Of a stretch of DNA of 64,000 bases, positions 18,943 to 28,274 are shown one piece after another; position 1 is the stretch's first letter; the number at the start of each line of letters is the position of its first letter. The notes below the pieces were generated by a model. That model searched no databases, was not told the DNA's origin, and worked only from the letters and a program-made list of their open reading frames with translations. Both the position numbers and the translations under genes were made by a program. The stretch spans positions 102,155 to 166,154 of IMG/VR virus record IMGVR_UViG_3300044712_000568. The stretch is one strand, 5' to 3'. The stretch comes from a virus (taxonomy: Duplodnaviria > Heunggongvirae > Uroviricota > Caudoviricetes).

Positions 18943-21849
18943 CTACTGCTTCTTGGCTTGTTGATCAAGAGCACTTCTTATATCTTCGTATCTAGAAGTT
19001 TTAAGTTTACTATATAAAGCATCTAAACTATTAGCAGTACTTGTAGTAACAGTTTTAGTATTTGTATCAAAGTTTGCTCCACCAATTGCCCATTGAAGTG
19101 CACTTAAACTTTGAGCTGAACTTAATGCATTATTGTGTAATCCTTTAACCTTAGCTTGTAATGCTAGTTTTTCTGCTTGAGACAATGTATCATCTTCAGC
19201 AATAAATTCAGTTAATATTTTTACCTGTAATTCAGTTTTTGCCATACTCTTAGCGGTTTGAAAATCTTTAGTTTTATATTTTGTAATATATTTTTGCTGT
19301 TCTGCTTCAGAAATGGCTGTTGTCTTATAATCAAAAATTTGAGACTCTTGATTATATTTAGTTAATTGAGCATCGGTTAATTTATACACGCTCAATCCAC
19401 TCTGAGCTGTTCCCGCAAGAGTATCTAAATTAACATCTAATAATGCTTTTTCATATAATACATTAGTAGCTATATCATCTACTTGTCCTTGAGTATATGC
19501 CACATCTTTTTCTGCAATTTTAATAACAGATCTAATTCTACCTTGAGCAGAATCTGCTGAAGTATCTGGAACTCTAACTGCCTGAATTTCAGTTGTATAT
19601 TCACCAAGACTAATATTATGTGAAATTTTTTGTGGTAAATATAAACCACTTAACATTGCATTATATTTAAAAGTAGTTCCATCCAAAGATGGATAGTAAT
19701 TTATTACTTCAAATCCACCAATACCTTGTCTAATAAGATATGGATCTCCTAAGATAGACATTCCAATAGAAAAAGGATAATTTAAAAATGTAGCAATTCT
19801 GTGTCTTAGTATATTTCCAGCAACTGTTTTGGCCGGGCTATTTTTTGCTGTATTAGAATACTCAACACTATTTACTAAATATCGAGGAGCAATAGATTGT
19901 TTAAATCTTCCACGAATCGCTTTAAACTTAGGTAAATTTTTAGATTCCCAATCTTTTAAAAATTCACTTGGATCTTTACCATTAGTTTTAGCTTTTAATT
20001 CAGCTTGTAGCTTTTCTTTTAACTTAACATTAGCTAATCTTTTTTGTTCCTTGCTTTCCTTAACGGTTTGATGAATACCTAAAAATTTACCGGTTTCTCT
20101 GTAAGTCATTTCTTCAGTATAACGATCCTTCATTAAAGCAATGAGATTACTAAAATTAGCAGTTAAATCTAAAATTTCTCCGACACGATTTGAAAAATGT
20201 TTTGGAGAACCTAGTAAGGTATCACTTACTCTAGCAAAAACATTCTGAGCTCCTCCATAAAAATATGGTAAGGAAGATCCACCAGGGCCATAAATTAATG
20301 GGAGATTCACTGCATTTAAACTATAATCAGTTGTAATTTTTGGAAGTAATAAAAAAGCGCCTTCTTCTTGTGCAATATCCGCACCAAATAGCATATTAGA
20401 TGACGTATATAATCCAGCAGGAAAATGTGGAATATATATTAAAATACAAGTAGAAGCTACTTTTTCTTTTTCTTCTGCAAATTTAGCTAATTCTTCCGTG
20501 GATAATTGTCCGTCAGAATCAAATTTAGCTTTTAGTCCTCTAATTTCCTCTTCTGCTTTAGAAGCTTCTGTAACTTCTTTATCTAAATTCTTATTATCTA
20601 CCGGATACCAGCGACATACAATTTTATTTAATAAACTATTAATAGTATTTTCAAAAGTATTACTATTAACACGTAATGCTGGAGTTGGATTAGTAACAAA
20701 GAAAGTCTTATCTGAAATCAATGCTTTAGTAATAGCATCTTTATCAGATGCTCCTGCTTCTTTTTGACTGTCAAATGCTTTTAGAAAACCTGTTTGTAAA
20801 TCTAAAGCCTCAGCATTTGTAAGAATAACAGAACCATCGGGACGTGTTTGATTAGTTAGTTTAGAAATTTCATTTAATACTTGATCTTTTGATGTATAAT
20901 TAGAAGTAAGAGAGCTTAAATTAAAATTACGTTTATTTTCTTCATTTTCACCAAGTAATAATAAATCATCCAATGTAAATAAACGAAGTCCTAAAAATTT
21001 TTCTAAGATGAGACGTAGTTGTACTTGTGGCCAATTTTCTTGAAGGCCAACATCAGCAGATGAATTTTGTAATACCGCAGATCCAGCATCCTGTAAAGTT
21101 AGAGTAAACTCGGATCCCATTGTTTTTCCTGGATCAGACATACCCACATTCATAATTAAAAAGGTCATGTAGGGAGTTAAAAGTTTTTCTGCTTTACCGT
21201 CAGTTCTTGCTACATTCCAGCCAAATCGTATACGGCATTGAGATAACCCAGCAGTATCTTCACTATCATTGGTGGAAAGAAACGTGAGAAATTCAATGGG
21301 AGTTCTACTATATAAAGTAAGGGTACCACTGATAGTAGAACTAACACCGCCCATAGGCATATCTAGTTTTAAAGCATCAAAATTTACATCTAATCCAGAA
21401 TGTCCAGTTTGTCCAATTATATCAAAATTTGTAAATTCTTCAGTTCCAGGTCTAATGTTATTAGCAGATGCTGTTATTTGTGCTCCAGTACTTGTAGTAC
21501 TAACTGTAGCAGAATTACCAAGAAATGCCGAATCATCTATATTAGTATTTGGAATAATTAAAATACCATTAATCCAAATTTCCATATAAGGTGATCGTGT
21601 ATTATATGAAGGCAATGCTGGAAATAAAGAATCTTTATCACCATAATTAGAATTCTCGTTGCGAGTACTTAATAAGTTTTTAACCTTTTCACGCTCTTCC
21701 GAAGAAGTCATTAAGTTATCTAATAGAGCATTTAAAGCATTTACATTATTTGTACGCTTTTGCTGTTTTGATAAAGCAAAAGCAGTATTATTTTTTTGAA
21801 AATTAGCATAAAAATTAGCTAATGCTGTTTTATATGAAGTATCTGCCAT
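18943..21849 (-). CDS. Baseplate hub protein (gp27-like fold, putative)
   Basis: SILGDPY...LSGLYLPQKISHNISLGEYTTEIQAVR is a typical hub C-terminal motif. Confidence 0.55.
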   Translation of the reverse strand: MADTSYKTALANFYANFQKNNTAFALSKQQKRTNNVNALNALLDNLMTSSEEREKVKNLLSTRNENSNYGDKDSLFPALPSYNTRSPYMEIWINGILIIPNTNIDDSAFLGNSATVSTTSTGAQITASANNIRPGTEEFTNFDIIGQTGHSGLDVNFDALKLDMPMGGVSSTISGTLTLYSRTPIEFLTFLSTNDSEDTAGLSQCRIRFGWNVARTDGKAEKLLTPYMTFLIMNVGMSDPGKTMGSEFTLTLQDAGSAVLQNSSADVGLQENWPQVQLRLILEKFLGLRLFTLDDLLLLGENEENKRNFNLSSLTSNYTSKDQVLNEISKLTNQTRPDGSVILTNAEALDLQTGFLKAFDSQKEAGASDKDAITKALISDKTFFVTNPTPALRVNSNTFENTINSLLNKIVCRWYPVDNKNLDKEVTEASKAEEEIRGLKAKFDSDGQLSTEELAKFAEEKEKVASTCILIYIPHFPAGLYTSSNMLFGADIAQEEGAFLLLPKITTDYSLNAVNLPLIYGPGGSSLPYFYGGAQNVFARVSDTLLGSPKHFSNRVGEILDLTANFSNLIALMKDRYTEEMTYRETGKFLGIHQTVKESKEQKRLANVKLKEKLQAELKAKTNGKDPSEFLKDWESKNLPKFKAIRGRFKQSIAPRYLVNSVEYSNTAKNSPAKTVAGNILRHRIATFLNYPFSIGMSILGDPYLIRQGIGGFEVINYYPSLDGTTFKYNAMLSGLYLPQKISHNISLGEYTTEIQAVRVPDTSADSAQGRIRSVIKIAEKDVAYTQGQVDDIATNVLYEKALLDVNLDTLAGTAQSGLSVYKLTDAQLTKYNQESQIFDYKTTAISEAEQQKYITKYKTKDFQTAKSMAKTELQVKILTEFIAEDDTLSQAEKLALQAKVKGLHNNALSSAQSLSALQWAIGGANFDTNTKTVTTSTANSLDALYSKLKTSRYEDIRSALDQQAKKQ

Positions 21850-23121
21850 TTATTTACCAAAAATCTTTGTTATTTGTGTTCCATAGTTTCTAGTAATAGC
21901 AGTCTGTACTGTTGCAGTAAGACCGGAGGATATCTGTGCTAAAGCTGCAGTTTTTGAAGAACCATTCGCATCAGTTGGTAATCCTAAACTCTTTAAATAT
22001 GCTGTAGTATTTCCAAAATTTGCTGTCTTTTCATTTCCAACTAGGGTGCCTTCTTGACCAGCATTTCCTGAAATAGTATAAATAATACTTGTATTATTGT
22101 CACCACTTTTAATACCCGATCCCAAAACACCAGTATTTTTATACTTATTATCATTTATGGTATGAATATCTAATAGATCTGGAGGTAATTCTCCAGCAGA
22201 AATATATCCACCATTATGTCCAACATCTACAATATCTTCAGCATACTGCATAGTATTTGCTTCTGAAACAACAGTAAAATTAAATGTTACTTCATACATA
22301 TAAGGTGAATGAGATGGTAATGAAGTTCCCTTTCCATCTGTACTATTTATGGGAGTAGAAGCAGTACGCCAAGGGCCTGAAGAATCTATTGTAACACTTG
22401 TAACAATACATCTGAGGCGTTTCCACTCCCCAATACGAACTTCCACTGGAGACGGCATGAAATGATTTTTGGATGGCGTTACAAATGCAAATAGTCTATT
22501 TTCTAAATCTATTTTATCTCTATGGTCTTTTTCACTGTCTGAAAAAAACATGCCGGTTAATGAAAAAGTAATAGCACTTGACGATGCGAAAATCTGAATT
22601 GGCTCTGAACGTCCGTAGAAGTCTTTTTGATTCCATGTAGCACTTTTTGAAAAACTAATTTTATCTGGAGTAGAATCAAAAATAACATAAAAGTTATCTC
22701 TACCAGTTCCACCATTTTGTGCTAGTTTAAATTCAGACTTTAGTACAACAGGAATAAATTTTGTGGTATGACTAAATCTAGGAACATTAAGTTTATTATC
22801 TCCTGATTTATCAGAGCGCATGAAATCTATTACGCCATCTACAATAGACGCTGTATCTCCGGATACAACTCCCTTACGTCTTAAAAAAGTACCCAAACGA
22901 AAATCTGATAATACTTGAATATCTGTTTTAAAACTTTCTGGTAAAGCTCTTCCTGCTGCATCTATTAAAGAGCTACTAACAGTTCCCATAAAACTTTGGC
23001 TTGTGCTAGTATTAAATTTAGAATAATAACCATTAGTTCCTGAATTTTGATTAATATCTATTACATTATAGGACTGGTTTACAATGTCAGATGCATTATT
23101 TGATGGAGTTTGGTCGGTCAT
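21850..23121 (-). CDS. Tail tube initiator / baseplate protein (CIS tube-like domain)
   Basis: FDSTPDKISFSKSATW...GRSEPIQIFASSSAITFSLTGMF...PSPVEVRIG...RCIVTSVTI. Confidence 0.6.
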   Translation of the reverse strand: MTDQTPSNNASDIVNQSYNVIDINQNSGTNGYYSKFNTSTSQSFMGTVSSSLIDAAGRALPESFKTDIQVLSDFRLGTFLRRKGVVSGDTASIVDGVIDFMRSDKSGDNKLNVPRFSHTTKFIPVVLKSEFKLAQNGGTGRDNFYVIFDSTPDKISFSKSATWNQKDFYGRSEPIQIFASSSAITFSLTGMFFSDSEKDHRDKIDLENRLFAFVTPSKNHFMPSPVEVRIGEWKRLRCIVTSVTIDSSGPWRTASTPINSTDGKGTSLPSHSPYMYEVTFNFTVVSEANTMQYAEDIVDVGHNGGYISAGELPPDLLDIHTINDNKYKNTGVLGSGIKSGDNNTSIIYTISGNAGQEGTLVGNEKTANFGNTTAYLKSLGLPTDANGSSKTAALAQISSGLTATVQTAITRNYGTQITKIFGK

Positions 23122-23146
23122 TGTTAATCCTTACACATTTAATTCC

Positions 23147-23180
23147 AAAAAGAGAAAAGGCCCTTTCGGGCCCTTCTCTT
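23147..23180 (-). terminator. Rho-independent terminator after sheath
   Basis: AAGGGCCC-GAAA-GGGCCTTT followed by TCTCTTTTT (GNRA loop). Confidence 0.85.
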
Positions 23181-23194
23181 GGGAAGCTTAGTAG

Positions 23195-25903
23195 TTAAGC
23201 TAACATGATTCCGCCACCCTGAGGAAGAATGGAGAAAATCTCAACAATACGTTCTGCTGTTTTAGTAGGAATCAAAGAGATTTCCATTCTAAGTTCATTG
23301 TTCTCACGAACAAGTGCAGTATTTACATTAGGACCTACATCTACTGTGTAACTCTGGATTGCACCCTTACGAAGATGATCTTCGAGGATTGTTTCAGCAA
23401 CCTGCTTAAGTCTATAAGCAGTAGTGCTATCTCCAGGTTCAAACTCGAATGCCTTGGACGCAGTAGCAACTACTTTACGAAGCTTAAGTAAGAGTCTGCG
23501 AACATTTACACGATCAAGAGCAGTTGTAGTAGACTGTAAGGTCTGCTGGCCCTTGATATAAATACCATATCCAGCTTCAGTATGAATTGGGTTGATCTGA
23601 GACATTGCGAGAATATCTCTATCACCCTGAGTTAAAATACGCTCAGTCGAGAGAGCTTCGGAAAGAGTTCCACGAGTTCTTCCTGCAGGTGCATAGTAAA
23701 CGTCTGCAACCTGATCATTGTAAGCGTACTGACCAACTACCTGACCACTAGGAGGAACATAGATATCTTTCTTATTTACTGTATCAGTAATCTTAACCCA
23801 TGGATAATACATAGCGGAATAAGAGCTATTAATATTAGAAAGAGACTTTCTATAATTTACAACATTTTGAACTGTGAGTCCAAAAGGAGTATCGAGAACT
23901 GCGATAGCATCGCCTCTTCCCTCACAAATAGCAGTCATTGCTTTTCCTACAGATGGATCAGAAGACCAACCTGGAGCAATTAATACGTTAATATCAATTA
24001 CTTCTGGATTAGAGAAAGCATATACTCCAGTAGAACTGGCAGCATCACCAATAATTTCATTCTTAGTAATTGGAGAACCGATTGATCCGCCAAGTAAGAA
24101 AATGCTAAAGGACTTATCATATCCAGTAGTATTTGCATTATATGTGAGGCCTTCAACTACTCCAGAACCTAAGTCAGAAGCAATGAGAACTGGTGAGAAT
24201 GTGAGTCCATCAGTTGTTGTTGGATTCAAAGTAACAATACCAGATGTCATATTAATAACATCTGTAGTAGTATAATCAATCTTTAATGAAATGCGTCTGG
24301 ATGCAGAAGCCACATTAGACTGAATACCTTCAATTGTTCCGTCGAACTGTTCTACTAAGGAGAAATCAGAGATACGCGTTGAGGACCCTAATACGGCCTC
24401 GGAAACAACTCTCTCATATACACGTAAAGTGTAGTTTTGAACTTTAGTAGCAGTTTTATTAGCAGAGTCGATTGTTAAGGTAACCGCTGTATTACTAGAA
24501 TCAGCTTCGCCAATACTAGAAATTTTAACAATTGTTGGAACATATGCTGTACCAGCAGCTTCCATAACCCATTTAGGTCTACTTAATCCAGAAGTAAATG
24601 AACCAGAAATTACCTGATCTTTAACAACTAAAGGAGCAACTGGAACTGGAGTTAATGTAGAATACTTGAAAGTACCAAGTACACCCATTACTAAAGATTC
24701 AAGACGAATTTCTACGATAGCTCCGGTACTATCTAAGGAAGTAGTAACTGCTTTAAATCCTCTAGAATTACCTAAAGCATCAATAGATCCTAAACCAACA
24801 AGTCCTGTTGCAACAGTTACACTTAAGTCTGTCTTAAGAATATCTAACTTAACTTTGCCAATGGCACCAGTCTTATTGAAACCGTATAAAATTCCAGATA
24901 ATACTAGTTTGATCAAAGAAAGATTCTTAGCATTATTTCCTGCTACAGAAGGATCGTAGAGGGGAATACCAATTTCATACTTAGAACCAGTTGTAGCTAA
25001 TACCAAAGTCTCAAGAGCTGTAAATAAGGCAGCATCATCAGCAGGAGCTGTTAAAATGGCTAACAGTGCATCTTTCTTGGCATCACTATCGTAAGTTGTT
25101 CCAGCCTGGAAATAAGTTAAATTAACTGGAGTGTTGTTAGTAAGAGCTGAAGATGTAGCTATTGACATTAATGGAGTGCTCTCAGCTGGAGCTACCCAAG
25201 TTCCTGGAACAGCTAATGCAATAGATCCTACAGCATAAGCCGAAGCTGGAGAATTTGTAGTTGGGAACGCAGTAACTGGAACTTTAATCTTAGGAGCAGA
25301 AGAGGTTCCTAAAACGTCCTTAATTGTTGCATTTACTCCCTTACCGGCACCTAATGTAATATTTACATAATTACCGACAGCAAACGACTTATTTGCTACG
25401 AAGCTACCAAAGTCAGCACCAATAAGACCGTCAGCTGCAACAGCCTGAGTAGAATCGATTGGATTAAATCCTGGAAGAACTGTTCCGGCAGTTAGCGCAA
25501 TAGTTTTATTTACTCCAGTTGCAGTTGCTGAGTCAGATAAATCAAAAGTTAAGTCAGAAGCGCTCTGTCCACTTAAAACCCAATCTCCAGCATATGGGGT
25601 ATATTCTGCTGGAAGAATAAAAGCAGATAAAGCCTTTTTAGAATCTGTCGCACTAACTCTATTTACCCAAAGAAGATTTCCTTTCTTTAGGTAGGACATA
25701 GCAGCATATCCTAAGTAATGCTTAGGAGATACCTGTCCAAAGATATCAACAAATTCTTTTTGTGAAGTAATGAGAACAGGGGCATTAGTTGGTCCCTTAT
25801 CTGCAGTACCCACGATACCTACGATAGTTGAGGAGAGATCTGTAACATAGGCACTAAGATCTCTTTCTACTGTATAAACACCTGCAGATACAAACTGTGT
25901 CAT
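23195..25903 (-). CDS. Tail sheath protein (gp18-like) with large insertion
   Basis: N-terminal FVSAGVYTVERDLS; C-terminal YYPWVKI, PPSG, APAGRTRG, KGQQTLQ, ALDRVNVRRLL. Confidence 0.95.
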   Translation of the reverse strand: MTQFVSAGVYTVERDLSAYVTDLSSTIVGIVGTADKGPTNAPVLITSQKEFVDIFGQVSPKHYLGYAAMSYLKKGNLLWVNRVSATDSKKALSAFILPAEYTPYAGDWVLSGQSASDLTFDLSDSATATGVNKTIALTAGTVLPGFNPIDSTQAVAADGLIGADFGSFVANKSFAVGNYVNITLGAGKGVNATIKDVLGTSSAPKIKVPVTAFPTTNSPASAYAVGSIALAVPGTWVAPAESTPLMSIATSSALTNNTPVNLTYFQAGTTYDSDAKKDALLAILTAPADDAALFTALETLVLATTGSKYEIGIPLYDPSVAGNNAKNLSLIKLVLSGILYGFNKTGAIGKVKLDILKTDLSVTVATGLVGLGSIDALGNSRGFKAVTTSLDSTGAIVEIRLESLVMGVLGTFKYSTLTPVPVAPLVVKDQVISGSFTSGLSRPKWVMEAAGTAYVPTIVKISSIGEADSSNTAVTLTIDSANKTATKVQNYTLRVYERVVSEAVLGSSTRISDFSLVEQFDGTIEGIQSNVASASRRISLKIDYTTTDVINMTSGIVTLNPTTTDGLTFSPVLIASDLGSGVVEGLTYNANTTGYDKSFSIFLLGGSIGSPITKNEIIGDAASSTGVYAFSNPEVIDINVLIAPGWSSDPSVGKAMTAICEGRGDAIAVLDTPFGLTVQNVVNYRKSLSNINSSYSAMYYPWVKITDTVNKKDIYVPPSGQVVGQYAYNDQVADVYYAPAGRTRGTLSEALSTERILTQGDRDILAMSQINPIHTEAGYGIYIKGQQTLQSTTTALDRVNVRRLLLKLRKVVATASKAFEFEPGDSTTAYRLKQVAETILEDHLRKGAIQSYTVDVGPNVNTALVRENNELRMEISLIPTKTAERIVEIFSILPQGGGIMLA

Positions 25904-25941
25904 TCTAAAATCCTTTTATAAAAACGAGACCGCAAACTCTA

Positions 25942-26439
25942 TTAAACGCCAGATGAAAGAATAAGCTTAGCTTCATCTACGGCCATAGTTAAAGTAACTT
26001 CCTGAGCCTCATTTGAATCCCACGCCAAATCTTTACGTGAAATATTCTTTGGCCATGCTCCAACAAGAAGCCAAGATTCAACAACAGAGTGATCTGGGCC
26101 ATACATAAGGAGCGTAATATTTTTCTTATACTGTGCAGGGAAGCCCATGAGCGAGGTATTAATATTATATACCTGTTTGTGCCAATCATCGAGTTTTCTG
26201 CCAGCCTTATTATCTACGAAGTCATAGAATGTTAGTGTAATGTCATCGTAAGTAACTTTGGAACCAGCTACTTTATATAGGTTATGCATTCTGTGAACTT
26301 CTACCTGATCTACATTGATCTTAGGTAGAGTTGCAGATTTGCAAGTGAGTCTAAGCTCATCATCTAAAAGTAACTCATAGCGGTTTAGGCGCTTTGGTTC
26401 CTGTGTATTGCTGACCCAACCCATAAGTCTTTCTGCCAT
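25942..26439 (-). CDS. Tail tube protein (gp19-like)
   Basis: Likely start MAERL at 26439 (AAGGAA SD). Contains EPKRLNRYEL, KVAGSKVTYDDITLTFYD, WLLVGAWPK, LAW. Confidence 0.9.
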   Translation of the reverse strand: MAERLMGWVSNTQEPKRLNRYELLLDDELRLTCKSATLPKINVDQVEVHRMHNLYKVAGSKVTYDDITLTFYDFVDNKAGRKLDDWHKQVYNINTSLMGFPAQYKKNITLLMYGPDHSVVESWLLVGAWPKNISRKDLAWDSNEAQEVTLTMAVDEAKLILSSGV

Positions 26440-26539
26440 TTGGAATTCCTTTCGTTGTTCGTTAAGATACTTCTGATAGTACAATCTAGTTAACGTCTAT
26501 ATTTAATTACGTGCATCTGTTAGGTACTGAGCAATAAAC

Positions 26540-26713
26540 TCATTCACCACCGCCGCCAGTAAAATCAAATGAGTTGTCAAATTGAATGACAACTCGTAAC
26601 TTTTTATTTTGCTCTTTCTTTTTCTTATTTGGAACTACTTTTGTAGCATGGCTAGGACTTTTTCTGTCCTTCATGCTCTTATACATATCTAGCAAATCTT
26701 TTTTCTTAGTCAT
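26540..26713 (-). CDS. Small Lys-rich protein (57 aa to TGA; 68 aa if TGA is read through to TAA 26507); not in ORF track
   Basis: AGGA SD plus ATG; MTKKKDLLDMYKSMKDRKSPSHATKVVPNKKKKEQNKKLRVVIQFDNSFDFTGGGGE. Confidence 0.6.
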   Translation of the reverse strand: MTKKKDLLDMYKSMKDRKSPSHATKVVPNKKKKEQNKKLRVVIQFDNSFDFTGGGGE

Positions 26714-26733
26714 ATAAATCCTATAAGTTAATT

Positions 26734-26767
26734 AAAAAATTAAAGCCACCGTATGAGGGTGGCTTTA
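26734..26767 (-). terminator. Rho-independent terminator
   Basis: TAAAGCCACC-N7-GGTGGCTTTA followed by ATTTTTT. Confidence 0.85.
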
Positions 26768-26784
26768 ACAAAATCACAGGCTAG

Positions 26785-27072
26785 TTATCGTATCCAAGGT
26801 TTGAATACAGATCTGATAAATAATTTATTAAAGTCTTCTAAAGCACTGTTAAAATCATCAGTTGACCATTCAGTAGCATATAGAGAATTAAAATCTGCGT
26901 CAGAAAGAATTTCTACGGAAAGCTTGCCGTTCTTGGAAGAGAGGACAAGCCAATCTCCAGCTTTTCCTTCATACTTATTACCCTCTATTGTATAAACAGC
27001 ATCAAACTTTAGCTGCTCTGCTTGGACTTTTTCTGTCTGAATGGGCTGTGGGCGTTTCTGATATTGGTGCAT
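26785..27072 (-). CDS. PGDYG-like family protein
   Basis: Likely start MHQYQKRP at 27072 (AAGGAG SD); YQKRPQPI...TIEG...GDWLV...DFNSLY pattern. Confidence 0.55.
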   Translation of the reverse strand: MHQYQKRPQPIQTEKVQAEQLKFDAVYTIEGNKYEGKAGDWLVLSSKNGKLSVEILSDADFNSLYATEWSTDDFNSALEDFNKLFIRSVFKPWIR

Positions 27073-27085
27073 GATGCACTCCTTT

Positions 27086-27628
27086 CTAGGAACAATTGGG
27101 AATAAACTTCCCAGTTCCATTTATATCGGAAAGGACATTTAAAAGTTTAGTATAAAATTCATCTAACGTTCCATTGTTTTCAATGACATAATCATACTCT
27201 GTGTATTCGTCCATGTCTACTTCTGACGCATGAGGACGTGTATCTGCCCCACGGTCTATTCTAACAGAAGTGTCAGATTCAATTTTAATTAGAATAAATC
27301 CATTATTCTTGCAAGCAATGAATTCATTTTTAAATCTAGCATCTGTAATAATAATATTATCTTTAGAAGATAAGTCTAAAGTATTAAATAATTTGTCAAG
27401 CCAAATGTCAGGATTTTTATTACGACCCCACTCAGTTCCTAATAACTGTAATAAAAGTCTATCTTTTGTTCTAGGTAGTCCAGTAAAATCCTGAATCATA
27501 TACATTAAATCATATAAAGGATCTGCAAATTTTCTAATTTGCCCCTTATAAGAACGCAAAATAAACTCAGCTGCACAATCTTTTCCAGACCTTTGCTTTG
27601 CAGCAAAAGCAATACGTAATGGTTTCAT
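27086..27628 (-). CDS. Deoxynucleoside monophosphate kinase (T4 gp1-like)
   Basis: AAKQRSGKD P-loop variant, FADPL, LLQLLGTEWGR, IITDARFKNE, HASE. Confidence 0.85.
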   Translation of the reverse strand: MKPLRIAFAAKQRSGKDCAAEFILRSYKGQIRKFADPLYDLMYMIQDFTGLPRTKDRLLLQLLGTEWGRNKNPDIWLDKLFNTLDLSSKDNIIITDARFKNEFIACKNNGFILIKIESDTSVRIDRGADTRPHASEVDMDEYTEYDYVIENNGTLDEFYTKLLNVLSDINGTGKFIPNCS

Positions 27629-28197
27629 TACTCACCAAAAAAGGGATTAGCTTTTTCCATAACAGAAGATATTAAACTATCTGGTGTAGGCATTTTCTGT
27701 TCATGGTCAAACACTATTTTTAATAAATTAGAAGCTAAAGGCAAGTTAATACAATTAGTATTACCAGAATGTGCATCATATAAATGACAATTCTCACATA
27801 AAGTAATCAAATTACAGGGCTCTAACAGAAATGAACGATATTTTGATTTTCTTAATATGTGGTGAACATGTAATTTTTTCTTTGTGTTGCAAAGAACGCA
27901 TTTATTTCCGTCTCTTAATTTTACCTGATCATGAAGTGGTTTAACTACAATATAATAAAAGAGACGATGCTTATTAGTTTTAAACATACTATCCGCACCC
28001 TCTCTAGCTTTTCTTATTAGTTCTCTATTATAGTGACCGCAGGATACCGTTGTAGTTCCTAACTTGTCTCCTCTTACTGATTTAATCACTCCACAAGAAC
28101 ATCTACATGTCCAATATACACGATCTAATCGTTTTCTGTCTCGTCTTAAAACTGTAAGTAGGCCGAAGGTCTTGCCTTTTTTGGACTTCAACTTCAT
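27628..28197 (-). CDS. Free-standing HNH (homing) endonuclease
   Basis: N-terminal GKTFGLLTVL...WTCRCSCG module; C-terminal CVLC...LHVHHI...NLITLCENCH. Confidence 0.85.
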   Translation of the reverse strand: MKLKSKKGKTFGLLTVLRRDRKRLDRVYWTCRCSCGVIKSVRGDKLGTTTVSCGHYNRELIRKAREGADSMFKTNKHRLFYYIVVKPLHDQVKLRDGNKCVLCNTKKKLHVHHILRKSKYRSFLLEPCNLITLCENCHLYDAHSGNTNCINLPLASNLLKIVFDHEQKMPTPDSLISSVMEKANPFFGE

Positions 28198-28222
28198 AGT
28201 ATGAGTATCGGCGTTAGTCTAT

Positions 28223-28254
28223 AAAAAACTGAGGCCCTTTTTCAAGGGCCCCAG
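28223..28254 (-). terminator. Rho-independent terminator after major capsid gene
   Basis: CTGGGGCCCTT-GAAA-AAGGGCCTCAG followed by TTTTTT. Confidence 0.9.
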
Positions 28255-28274
28255 CGGTATTGCTAGTGTTAGGA

